Shown here piece after piece: positions 1-7,975 of a stretch of 64,000 bases of DNA. Under the pieces are notes generated by a model. The model saw only the letters and a program-made list of their open reading frames with translations, was not told the DNA's origin and did not search any database. Position numbers and translations under genes: made by a program. The stretch's first letter is position 1, and every line of letters begins with the position of its first letter. Origin of the DNA: Minisyncoccia bacterium (GTDB lineage: Bacteria; Patescibacteriota; Minisyncoccia; UBA6257; JAAZHW01); contig JBNASH010000035.1 in assembly GCA_049720475.1 (NCBI GenBank), positions 84,015-148,014 of the forward strand, given 5' to 3'.

Positions 1-47
1 ATGGTCCGGTTTTTACTTATGATGAAATCGAAAATAGCCATGACTAA
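1..47 (+). CDS. 3' end of probable hydrogenase gamma/FAD-NAD(P)-binding subunit (partial)
   Basis: Frame 3 reads GPVFTYDEIENSHD*, matching the C-terminal (D)GPVF motif of HydG/PyrK-like subunits; it overlaps the start of the next gene. Confidence 0.7.
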   Translation, partial: GPVFTYDEIENSHD

Positions 48-798
48 AAAAATAAATAAAAAAATTTCGGTTGGTATTTTTGACTTTACTGACTGTGAAG
101 GTTGCCAAGTAAAATTAGTTTCTTTGCGAGAAAAATTTTTGAAACTTGAGGAAAATTTTGAAATTCTTGCTTGGCGTTTAGGTCAAGAAAAGTTCAACCC
201 CGGCCCATATGATATCGCGATTGTTGAAGGAACACCAATTATGCCAGAAGAAGTGGAATTGCTTAAATCCATTCGGGAAAATTCTAAAATTCTTATTGCT
301 TTTGGAACCTGTGCAGCTTTGGGTGGCATTCCCGCCATTTTATCTGAAAAAGAAAGACAATATTGGTACCAAAAAATTTACGGTCCGAATTACAAACCGC
401 GTGGCATTGAAGCCCAACCTCTTTCCGCTTATGTGCCAGTGGATGTAATTATTAACGGCTGTCCAGTTGATGAGAATGAAATTTTAAAAATTTTTGAAGC
501 CTTCATCGCTGGCAAAAAACCTTATCCCTATGATTATCCAGTTTGCTATGACTGTAAAAAAGCCGGCAATGAATGTCGCCTTCTTAAAGGATTGCCTTGT
601 TTAGGACCGATAACTAAAAATGGTTGTGGTGCGATTTGTATTTCCGGTGGTTCAGCCTGTTATGGTTGCTTTGGTCTTCGCGATGGCGCCAACTTTGAAG
701 CTCTTATCAAAATTTTAGAAAAAATCGCCGATAAAAAAACCGTCGCTTTATATCTCTCAATGTTTCACAAAAAAGATATTAAATATGATAACCAATGA
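40..798 (+). CDS. hydD: [NiFe] hydrogenase small (delta) subunit, group 3b-like
   Basis: DCEGC, VEG, FGTCAALGG, INGCP and the distal Cys cluster VCYDC...CLGPIT..GC..C....ACYGC; true start probably ATG at 40 (MTKK). Confidence 0.9.
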   Translation: MTKKINKKISVGIFDFTDCEGCQVKLVSLREKFLKLEENFEILAWRLGQEKFNPGPYDIAIVEGTPIMPEEVELLKSIRENSKILIAFGTCAALGGIPAILSEKERQYWYQKIYGPNYKPRGIEAQPLSAYVPVDVIINGCPVDENEILKIFEAFIAGKKPYPYDYPVCYDCKKAGNECRLLKGLPCLGPITKNGCGAICISGGSACYGCFGLRDGANFEALIKILEKIADKKTVALYLSMFHKKDIKYDNQ

Positions 799-1978
799 AT
801 TTATTGCTAAAATTGAAGGTCATGGCAATTTAAAAGTCGATTGGAAGAATAATAAAGTAATTTTGGAGGTGGCTGAGGGAGAAAGATTGTTTGAAGGATT
901 GTTAGTTGGCCGACCAGCTGAAGAAGCCTATTGGGTCACTCCCCGCATTTGTGGTGTCTGTCCAATTGCTCATAATTTAGCTTCTATTTCAGCTTTAGAA
1001 AATGCCGCCCAAATTAAATTATCCGAACCAATGAAACTTTTAAGAGAACTAATGCAATGCGCCCAAATGATCCAAAGCCACGCCCTGCATCTATTTTTCT
1101 TAGCTCTGCCTGATTATCTAGGTATTGATCGCGGCACAGAATTAAAAAATAAAAATCCGAAAGCCTTCCAAAATGCTTTAGCTTTAAAGGCTTTAGCTGA
1201 TAATTTAGCTTTTGTTTCTGCTGGACGTAATGTCCATCCAACAACTCCAACTCTCGGTGGCTTCAATAAATTGCCAACTCAAAAAGATTTGAAAAGAATG
1301 CTCTCGGAATTAGAAAAAACCGAAGAAATTACTCATTGGCTGGAAAAATTCTGTGAAAATTTAAATTATCCAGATTTAAAAGTTGATTTGGAATTAGTAG
1401 CGATTAAAAACGATTTAATTTATTCTAGCAAAGGTGAAACAGTATCAATAAATGATTACAAAACAGCAATTGAAGAAGAAATTAGAGAGTTTTCAACTGC
1501 CAAGTTTTCTAAATTCCATGGCCGAGAAGTAATGGTTGGCGCTTTGGCGCGTTTATATTTCGAAAAATCCCAAAATAAAAATTTGGATTTTCAAAATCCA
1601 TTTCATAACAACCTTGCTCAAGCCATCGAAATTAAACTCTATCATCAAAAAGCCCAAAAAATTATTAAAAAACTTTTGGAATTTGATCTAAAAAACATTC
1701 CTCATCAAGCTAAGCCAAATTGGCAAAAAAACTCTCAAGGTATTGGTGCAGTAGAAGCACCTCGCGGCGGCCTCTATCATGAAATTCACGTTGATGAAAA
1801 AGGCTTTATTACTTACATAAACATCATTACGCCAACCGTCCAAAATCTTACTTCAATCGAAAAAACCGCTCAATTACTTATTGAACAACACGCCTCTCGA
1901 TCGCAAAAAGAAAAAGAAAAATTGCTTAATATGCTGGTAAGGGCTTATGACCCTTGCATCACTTGTTCAGTGCACTAA
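785..1978 (+). CDS. hydA: [NiFe] hydrogenase large (alpha) subunit, group 3b-like
   Basis: KIEGHG, L1 motif RICGVCPIAH, EAPRG, L2 motif DPCITCSVH at the very C-terminus. Confidence 0.92.
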   Translation: MITNEFIAKIEGHGNLKVDWKNNKVILEVAEGERLFEGLLVGRPAEEAYWVTPRICGVCPIAHNLASISALENAAQIKLSEPMKLLRELMQCAQMIQSHALHLFFLALPDYLGIDRGTELKNKNPKAFQNALALKALADNLAFVSAGRNVHPTTPTLGGFNKLPTQKDLKRMLSELEKTEEITHWLEKFCENLNYPDLKVDLELVAIKNDLIYSSKGETVSINDYKTAIEEEIREFSTAKFSKFHGREVMVGALARLYFEKSQNKNLDFQNPFHNNLAQAIEIKLYHQKAQKIIKKLLEFDLKNIPHQAKPNWQKNSQGIGAVEAPRGGLYHEIHVDEKGFITYINIITPTVQNLTSIEKTAQLLIEQHASRSQKEKEKLLNMLVRAYDPCITCSVH

Positions 1979-2000
1979 AATTGATATTCTCTAAAAAAAG

Positions 2001-2026
2001 AAAAGGGCTCGCCTAGCGAGCCTTTT
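2001..2026. terminator. Probable bidirectional terminator between convergent genes
   Basis: Hairpin GGCTCGC-CTA-GCGAGCC flanked by A and T runs. Confidence 0.6.
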
Positions 2027-2639
2027 GTTTATTTTTCTTATTGAAATTTCTCAGAGCTTCTTTTGTCAACTGCAATAATTTATCTGCTTCTTTTTGAGAA
2101 ATTTTTTCAATAACTTTGCGGAAATGAACAGTCACCCAATCGCCTTCTTTTAAATCTAAATCTAGCTCATTTTGAACAATCAATTCAACTTTCGGACCCA
2201 AAGTCAATTTGTCCTTTTTTAATGTTTTCGTAATTGGTTGATAAATTACCCACCACTCCCTATTTGAAATTTTGTCGCTAATTTTAGCTGGATGAACAAC
2301 ACAATCATCAACTAACTCTTCAACAATTTGATGCATTTTTATCTGAATGATAGGAATCAAAGTCGAAGCATTATGAATCCACTCCTCTCCTTTTAATTCT
2401 GGATTGCCTTTCCAATAAAAAGAAACGACTTCTTCATCAAATGGTTCTTTGTGATTTAACTGGGCGATTCGGCGATAAAAATCATAACTTAAAAGGTTTT
2501 TTAAAATTTTTTCAATTCTTTCCGCTTCACCTTTGCCATGACGGAAATAATCATACAAATCATTGGAAAATTTAAGCAAACGAGCTTTCTCGCAAACATA
2601 AGAATATTTAGCAGCTAATTTTAATCCTTCCCCTTCCAT
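2013..2639 (-). CDS. DUF6390-like hydrogenase-associated protein
   Basis: G..LAAKYSY, Y..IA..N...PFD.EVV..YW.GN and GDWVTVH motifs recalled for DUF6390; lies downstream of hypC; SD GGAGGG supports a start at 2639. Confidence 0.65.
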   Translation of the reverse strand: MEGEGLKLAAKYSYVCEKARLLKFSNDLYDYFRHGKGEAERIEKILKNLLSYDFYRRIAQLNHKEPFDEEVVSFYWKGNPELKGEEWIHNASTLIPIIQIKMHQIVEELVDDCVVHPAKISDKISNREWWVIYQPITKTLKKDKLTLGPKVELIVQNELDLDLKEGDWVTVHFRKVIEKISQKEADKLLQLTKEALRNFNKKNKQKAR

Positions 2640-2664
2640 TTTATCCCTCCTTTTTAAAGAGCTT

Positions 2665-2895
2665 TTAGTGATGGCTGTCATGATGACTGGCCTTTATAAA
2701 ATTTAATATTTTTTTCGCTTCTTTCAAGGGTAGTTTGTGAATCGCCAAATCGCCGTGGGCCAAAACAAAATCGCCTTTTTTTGGTTTTTTCTCTTTTATT
2801 AAAGAAATATCGACAATATGAGTGTGACCTTCTCCTTGAACTACTGCCTTATCCTTTTCAATTTTTATAATTCTCATTGGTGTTGCCAAGCACAT
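2665..2895 (-). CDS. hypC: Hydrogenase maturation chaperone HypC/HybG
   Basis: N-terminal MCLAxP and GDFVLAHGDLAI motifs; His-rich tail HHDSHH. Confidence 0.92.
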   Translation of the reverse strand: MCLATPMRIIKIEKDKAVVQGEGHTHIVDISLIKEKKPKKGDFVLAHGDLAIHKLPLKEAKKILNFIKASHHDSHH

Positions 2896-2963
2896 AAAAT
2901 TTATTTATTTTCATTATAATATAATTTATGCTATAATAGAATAGTCGAATAAAAAGAGGGTCA

Positions 2964-3263
2964 ATGAAAAAAGTTCTTGGTAAAATAGTTTTAATTTTAG
3001 CGATTGTTGCTTTTTTATTAAGTATTGCCATTATGGTTTTAAATAAAAAAGCTCCTCTACCACAAGAACAAATTGCTTTAAAAAATTGTTTAGAGAGCGG
3101 CGGCCAGGTTGTTTCTGCTTCCTGTTGTCTAAACACTTCTAATTTCCCTGATACTTGCTTAATTGGCGCTTGTGGTTGCGCACCAGACAAAAGCCACATA
3201 GTCCAAATCTGTGATTGCGGTCCTAATAAATGTTTTGATGGTAAAACTTGTGTAAATAGATAA
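2964..3263 (+). CDS. Small membrane-anchored/secreted cysteine-rich protein
   Basis: N-terminal hydrophobic helix followed by 10 Cys in about 57 residues. Confidence 0.75.
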   Translation: MKKVLGKIVLILAIVAFLLSIAIMVLNKKAPLPQEQIALKNCLESGGQVVSASCCLNTSNFPDTCLIGACGCAPDKSHIVQICDCGPNKCFDGKTCVNR

Positions 3264-3265
3264 TT

Positions 3266-3294
3266 TTGACAAAATCATCTTCAAAGATTAAAAT
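3266..3294 (+). promoter_or_regulatory. Sigma70 promoter of tRNA-His
   Basis: TTGACA-17 bp-TAAAAT just upstream of the tRNA. Confidence 0.7.
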
Positions 3295-3306
3295 TATTTT
3301 AGCAAT

Positions 3307-3383
3307 GGTGGCCTTAGTTCAGCGGCTAGAACGCCTCGTTGTGGCCGAGGAGGTCAGGGGTTCAAATCCCCTAGGCCACCCCA
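3307..3383 (+). tRNA. tRNA-His(GTG)
   Basis: Acceptor GTGGCCT/AGGCCAC, G-1, anticodon arm CCTCG-TT GTG GC-CGAGG, T loop GTTCAAATC, encoded CCA. Confidence 0.96.
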
Positions 3384-3477
3384 AACCTCCTAATCTCAAG
3401 GGGGTTTTTCTTGCTTAATTTTTAAAATTAATTAAACTTAAGGCGGAACTTAAAAATTTCAAAAAAGGAGGAATAGA

Positions 3478-3891
3478 ATGAAAAAACATGATTGTTTTTT
3501 AACTATTCAAATTTTAGGAGAGGAGATCATTGCTCCCGTCATTGAAAAAATATTAAATAGTAGAATTACTAACATTCCCATTGATACTAAAAAAATCAAC
3601 AAAACAAGTAATGGATGCCAGAAAATTTATGAAGTTAGTACCAGTTATAGATATTATTGTCGTTTCAATTTATACCAATTAATTTTCAATATTCATCGGA
3701 GATTTATCCCCGATCATAATGACTTTACTGCTCAATTTATTTTCGAATTTAAACTGGGTAAAAAAGAGCCTGTTTTCCGCAGTTGGGAAGCCTACAGATT
3801 CCAGGAAGAAAAATTAAGTCAAGAAGAATTAAACGCCATTAAAAATTGCCTCTTAGAATTCTTTGGCAATTTTTCAGAAGGAAGCTTTTAA
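3478..3891 (+). CDS. Hypothetical protein (orphan cassette)
   Basis: 137-aa ORF with AAGGAGG SD and a downstream hairpin terminator at about 3908-3940. Confidence 0.7.
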   Translation: MKKHDCFLTIQILGEEIIAPVIEKILNSRITNIPIDTKKINKTSNGCQKIYEVSTSYRYYCRFNLYQLIFNIHRRFIPDHNDFTAQFIFEFKLGKKEPVFRSWEAYRFQEEKLSQEELNAIKNCLLEFFGNFSEGSF

Positions 3892-3996
3892 AAATTATAA
3901 TTTAATAAAGAGGCCCTATAAAAGGGCTTCTTGTTTTTTTAAAAAATCATGATAAATTATAGATGGCATTTAAAAAATTAAAGAAGGGGGTTTCGC

Positions 3997-4365
3997 ATGA
4001 AAAGAAAAATATTTATCGCCTTAGTAATTTTAATAATGATTCTTTTGACAATTCTTTTTGTCATCGTCAGGAAAAAATCCGATAATCTTTCAACCACTCA
4101 AGTATCTCTTGATCAAAAAAAGGAAATAATTGATCTAAAAAAGCTCGATCCGGACATACGATTAATTTGGCTTTCTGATGAAAACGGCAAAAATTTAAGA
4201 CCAGTTTTAATCCGTATTGGTATTAGCGATGGCCAATACACAGAAATAAAAGAAATTCTTTATGGCGAAATAAAAGAAGGTGATTTTGTTGTTACGGGCA
4301 AAACAACTCCTCAATCCAGCAGTTCCCAACAGGACATTAATAGAATTTTTAGAAGTTTAAGATGA
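3997..4365 (+). CDS. Membrane-anchored protein resembling the C-terminal domain of MacA/YknX efflux adaptors
   Basis: N-terminal TM helix then W..DENGK.LRPV.IRIGISDGQYTEI....G.IKEGD.VVTG; the adaptor hairpin and lipoyl core are missing. Confidence 0.6.
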   Translation: MKRKIFIALVILIMILLTILFVIVRKKSDNLSTTQVSLDQKKEIIDLKKLDPDIRLIWLSDENGKNLRPVLIRIGISDGQYTEIKEILYGEIKEGDFVVTGKTTPQSSSSQQDINRIFRSLR

Positions 4366-4375
4366 GGAGGCGATC

Positions 4376-4849
4376 ATGATCCATTTTTATAATTTAACCA
4401 ATGGTTTAGAAATAGTTGATATCTCAAAATATCCCCATATCACCCGCATCCAATCTTCTCACATCGAAGGAAAACATTGGAATCATCTTTTTGCTCAATT
4501 AAGCGATGAATTACTGTTCTATCTGGCAATTGGCAAAGAATGTGTTATCGTAGACGCTTCACCAAAACCCATACGCTCCAGTCTTGCTCGCATTGGAATA
4601 CCAGTTATTGTTTATATTTTATCTCGCATCTGGTTTCATAAAAAAATTGAACCCCAGACATTCGATAAACGATATCTTGAAAGTGTTTATCGTTCCTTAA
4701 CAAGAAGCACAAAAAATAAGTTAAAATATTATCGAAAATTTTTGCTGACCGATAGAATCAGATTGAAATGTTTTATCGGTTTTACAAAGAATGACGGCAA
4801 ATATCATATATTTAAAAAGAAAATCCAAAACCAAAAAGATGGCGATTAA
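4376..4849 (+). CDS. Hypothetical protein (NLTNG / RIQS motifs)
   Basis: 157-aa ORF with GAGGAGG SD; its stop codon lies inside the repeated palindrome. Confidence 0.7.
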   Translation: MIHFYNLTNGLEIVDISKYPHITRIQSSHIEGKHWNHLFAQLSDELLFYLAIGKECVIVDASPKPIRSSLARIGIPVIVYILSRIWFHKKIEPQTFDKRYLESVYRSLTRSTKNKLKYYRKFLLTDRIRLKCFIGFTKNDGKYHIFKKKIQNQKDGD

Positions 4850-4881
4850 TCGCCATCTTTTTATTTGACAAAGAATTAAAT
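4833..4881 (+). repeat. Direct repeat copy 1: perfect 30-bp palindrome plus -35 box
   Basis: AAAAAGATGGCGATTAATCGCCATCTTTTTATTTGACAAA is identical over 40 bp (48/49 extended) to 5322-5370. Confidence 0.95.
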
Positions 4882-4929
4882 CGGAATAATCTAAAAATGG
4901 CTCTTAAAATTTTAATAAGGAGGTGGCAA

Positions 4930-5310
4930 ATGCATAAAATATTCAATGAGGTCATTTTAAAATTTTGCGAACTTTTTCAATTTTACCCAACGCTTAATTT
5001 GTTTTTTCTTGAGGCCCAAAAAAAGAAATTAAATAACATAACAATTAAGCCGATCATGATTAAAACAGAATTTCCTCTTTCTGGAAATTATATATTAGAA
5101 GGAAGAATTGAACTACAAGCACCAGCAATCAAAGCTTTTTATATAAAACAGTGCTATGAGGCGCTGGTAAAAGCTTATTACGAAAATAAAGAGGCTTTTG
5201 AAAAAGAATGTAGAAATACAATCGAAGAAGAAGCAGAAAAAATTCGAAAAAAAGCAATCCAAAGAGGTCTAAATGTCATCACTTTAAAAATACAAGAAGA
5301 AGAGTGTTAA
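4930..5310 (+). CDS. Hypothetical protein, paralog of 5420-5809
   Basis: AAGGAGG SD supports the start at 4930; aligns by eye with the next ORF. Confidence 0.75.
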   Translation: MHKIFNEVILKFCELFQFYPTLNLFFLEAQKKKLNNITIKPIMIKTEFPLSGNYILEGRIELQAPAIKAFYIKQCYEALVKAYYENKEAFEKECRNTIEEEAEKIRKKAIQRGLNVITLKIQEEEC

Positions 5311-5321
5311 AATAAAAATAG

Positions 5322-5370
5322 AAAAAGATGGCGATTAATCGCCATCTTTTTATTTGACAAAAAATTAAAT
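5322..5370 (+). repeat. Direct repeat copy 2: palindrome plus -35 box
   Basis: Same sequence as 4833-4881; TTGACA at 5354 and TAATCT at 5376. Confidence 0.95.
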
Positions 5371-5419
5371 TAGGTTAATCTAAGGGTGGTTTGATTAAAA
5401 ATTTAAAAGGAGGGGTGAA

Positions 5420-5809
5420 ATGAAAAAAATGAAAAATTTAGTTAAAAGAGCATTTTTGACTGTTTCAAAATTTTTTAAAATATACCCGTCCATTCAATTA
5501 TTGATTGATGATGCCAAAAAAAAGAATGTTGAAAAATTGCTGATTATACCATATATCTCCATAAAAGAATCGTTAATGAGTAAAACGATAAAAAGGATTG
5601 ATGGTTTCATTGAAATTACAGCAGAAAATCTTCCAGCTGTTTGCTCCATAGAATGCAGCGATGCTTTCTCTAATTATTTATCATCTGAAGCAGAAGATGA
5701 AATATTTGAAGATTGTAAAGAGTCTTTATTAGAAACGGCAGAAATGTTTAAAAAATACCTGGAAGAGCATAATTTTAAAGTTGAGATTAAAAAAGTAAAA
5801 ATTTTATAA
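5420..5809 (+). CDS. Hypothetical protein, paralog of 4930-5310
   Basis: AAGGAGG SD; shared pattern YP..L....A.KK....I.P, G.IE..A, C..A, C.....E.AE. Confidence 0.75.
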   Translation: MKKMKNLVKRAFLTVSKFFKIYPSIQLLIDDAKKKNVEKLLIIPYISIKESLMSKTIKRIDGFIEITAENLPAVCSIECSDAFSNYLSSEAEDEIFEDCKESLLETAEMFKKYLEEHNFKVEIKKVKIL

Positions 5810-6006
5810 TTTTATACACAATACGGGCCCAAAGGGGCTCGTTTTTTATTCTTCTCTCTTGATTTTCTTTAAATTCAAACTATAATAAAAATGTACTTTT
5901 TTAAATCGTATCTAAAGTCATTAAATTCTTTAATTTCGCTATAAAAAATTTGTGAAACCCTTTTTTGTAATTAAATCGCAATTTTTGAAAGGCGAAATCC
6001 ACTCAT

Positions 6007-7530
6007 ATGGAGACGCTTATTTTAGCATCTTTAGCAACCTTAATTTTAGGAATTTTTATCGGCTATCTCGCGCGACAAAATATTATCAAGCGCGAAATTG
6101 CCTCCGCTGAACAAAAAATTAAAAGTCAGTTAGAAGAAGCCAAAACTAAGGCTAAAGAAATTATTTTAGCCGCCAAAGATAAAGCTGCGGCTATTTTGGA
6201 TGAAGCTCAAAAAGAAGAAAAAGAAAGAAAAAAAGAGTTATCTGCTTTTGAACAACGTCTTAATCGACGCGAGGAGTTGCTCAATCAGAAACTCAGCGAA
6301 ACCGAAGCCAAAAATCGTTCTTTAGAAGAAAACATCAAAAAAGTAAAAGAAATAAAAGAAAAAGTTGAGGAAATCCGGCAAGAAGCTCAAAAAGAATTGG
6401 AAAGAATTGCTGGTTTGGGCGAGGAAGAAGCTAAAAAAGAATTGTTTTCAAAAATAGAAAACACCCATCGGCAAGAAATTACTGAATTATTGAAGCGGAT
6501 GGAAAAAGAAAAGCGTGATGAAATAGAAAAACAGGCTTTTAATCTTTTAGAAACTGCCATTCAACGATTGAGTAGATCAGTGAGCAGCGAAGTGACAACT
6601 TCTTCTTTTTCCATTCCAGATGAAGAAACCAAAGGAAAAATCATTGGCCGAGAAGGAAGAAATATTAGAACTTTAGAACGCCTGACTGGAGTAGATATTC
6701 TGATTGATGAATCACCAGATACAATCACTCTCTCCTCTTTTGATCCATTAAGGAGAGAATTGGCGAGAATTGCTTTAGAAAAACTCATTAAAGACGGCCG
6801 TATCCAACCCGCCAAAATCGAAGAAAAAGTTGAAGAAGCCCAAAAAGAATTAAACGAAAAAATCAAAGAAGCCGGAGAAAATGCTGCTTATGAATTAGGG
6901 ATTTTAGATTTACCCAAAGAGATTATTTATCTTTTGGGAAGATTAAATTATCGAACAAGTTACGGCCAAAATGTGCTCCAACACTCAATCGAAGCCGCTC
7001 ATCTAGCAAAAATGCTGGCCGCCGAATTAGGCGCTAATATTGAAGTAGCTAAAAAAGCGGCATTACTTCATGATATTGGCAAGGCTATTGATCATGAAGT
7101 TGAAGGTACTCATGTAGAGCTGGGAAGAAAAATTCTGCAAAAATACGGCGTTTCTGAAGAAATTATTAAAGCCATCGAAGCTCACCACGAGGATTATCCA
7201 TTTGAAACACCTGAGTCATTTATCGTTGCTGCCGCCGAAGCAATCTCTGCTAGCCGTCCTGGAGCAAGACGCGACAGTCTGGAAAATTACCTTAAAAGAT
7301 TGGAAAATCTTGAAAAAATTGCTCTTTCCTTTGACGGCGTTCAAAAAGCTTATGCAATTCAAGCTGGCCGGGAATTAAGAGTTTTTGTTATCCCGGAAAA
7401 AATCGATGATTTAGGGGCTTTAAATCTAGCTAAACAAATAGCCAATCGTATCCATGATGAATTAAATTACCCCGGCGAAATAAAAGTAAATGTGATTCGC
7501 GAAACAAGAGCCGTGGAATATGCTCGTTAA
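6007..7530 (+). CDS. rny: Ribonuclease Y
   Basis: N-terminal TM, coiled coil, KH motif IIGREGRNIR, HD motif LHDIGK, SRPGAR, C-terminal YPGEIKVNVIRETRA. Confidence 0.97.
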   Translation: METLILASLATLILGIFIGYLARQNIIKREIASAEQKIKSQLEEAKTKAKEIILAAKDKAAAILDEAQKEEKERKKELSAFEQRLNRREELLNQKLSETEAKNRSLEENIKKVKEIKEKVEEIRQEAQKELERIAGLGEEEAKKELFSKIENTHRQEITELLKRMEKEKRDEIEKQAFNLLETAIQRLSRSVSSEVTTSSFSIPDEETKGKIIGREGRNIRTLERLTGVDILIDESPDTITLSSFDPLRRELARIALEKLIKDGRIQPAKIEEKVEEAQKELNEKIKEAGENAAYELGILDLPKEIIYLLGRLNYRTSYGQNVLQHSIEAAHLAKMLAAELGANIEVAKKAALLHDIGKAIDHEVEGTHVELGRKILQKYGVSEEIIKAIEAHHEDYPFETPESFIVAAAEAISASRPGARRDSLENYLKRLENLEKIALSFDGVQKAYAIQAGRELRVFVIPEKIDDLGALNLAKQIANRIHDELNYPGEIKVNVIRETRAVEYAR

Positions 7531-7533
7531 AGT

Positions 7534-7577
7534 TTATCCACACCCCTATTTGGAAACCGCATAAAATGTGTTATAAT
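7534..7577 (+). promoter_or_regulatory. hup promoter with adjacent perfect DnaA box
   Basis: TTATCCACA at 7534-7542, TTGGAA at 7550, TG-n-TATAAT at 7572. Confidence 0.55.
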
Positions 7578-7625
7578 TCAATTAAATGGGGTTTCCACAA
7601 AAAGGTCGCTTAATTTTTAAAAACA

Positions 7626-7901
7626 ATGACAAAAGAAGGATTAGTCGAGGCTATTTTAAGTAAATTTGAATTAGCCAGCAAAAAACAAGCTCGCGAAATT
7701 GTAGAAACTATTTTTGAAACCATCAAACAAACAATGGCTCGTGGCGAAGAGGTAGCAATTAGCGGATTTGGTACTTTTCGCGTGGCTCGCCGAGCAGCTC
7801 GCGAAGGTATTAATCCCCGCACTGGCGAGAAAATCCAAATTCCTGCTTCTATCAAACCTAAATTCCGCGCCAGTAAAGCTTTGAAAGAAGCTATAAAATA
7901 A
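7626..7901 (+). CDS. hup: DNA-binding protein HU
   Basis: GFGTF, REGINPRTGEKIQIPA, PKFRASKALKEA. Confidence 0.97.
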   Translation: MTKEGLVEAILSKFELASKKQAREIVETIFETIKQTMARGEEVAISGFGTFRVARRAAREGINPRTGEKIQIPASIKPKFRASKALKEAIK

Positions 7902-7921
7902 TTGTTTATTATTGCCCCAAT

Positions 7922-7957
7922 AAACCAAAAACCCCTCATTTGAGGGGTTTTTGGTTT
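7922..7957. terminator. Bidirectional intrinsic terminator
   Basis: AAACCAAAAACCCCTCA-TT-TGAGGGGTTTTTGGTTT between convergent genes. Confidence 0.85.
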
Positions 7958-7975
7958 AAATTTTACCGTTCATTA

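Noticed and set aside
1-39. ORF-track start of the hydrogenase small subunit at position 1
   Set aside because: This stretch is better explained as the GPVF end of the upstream subunit in another frame; ATG at 40 fits.
2858-3199. 113-aa minus-strand ORF
   Set aside because: Antisense shadow of the Cys-rich protein gene, with no motifs.
4833-5370. CRISPR array or integron attC sites
   Set aside because: Only two copies 489 bp apart, separated by a whole gene; no cas or intI genes; a perfect palindrome without the attC R/L box and extrahelical-base layout.
7610-7939. Minus-strand ORFs over hup
   Set aside because: Antisense shadows of a highly conserved gene.
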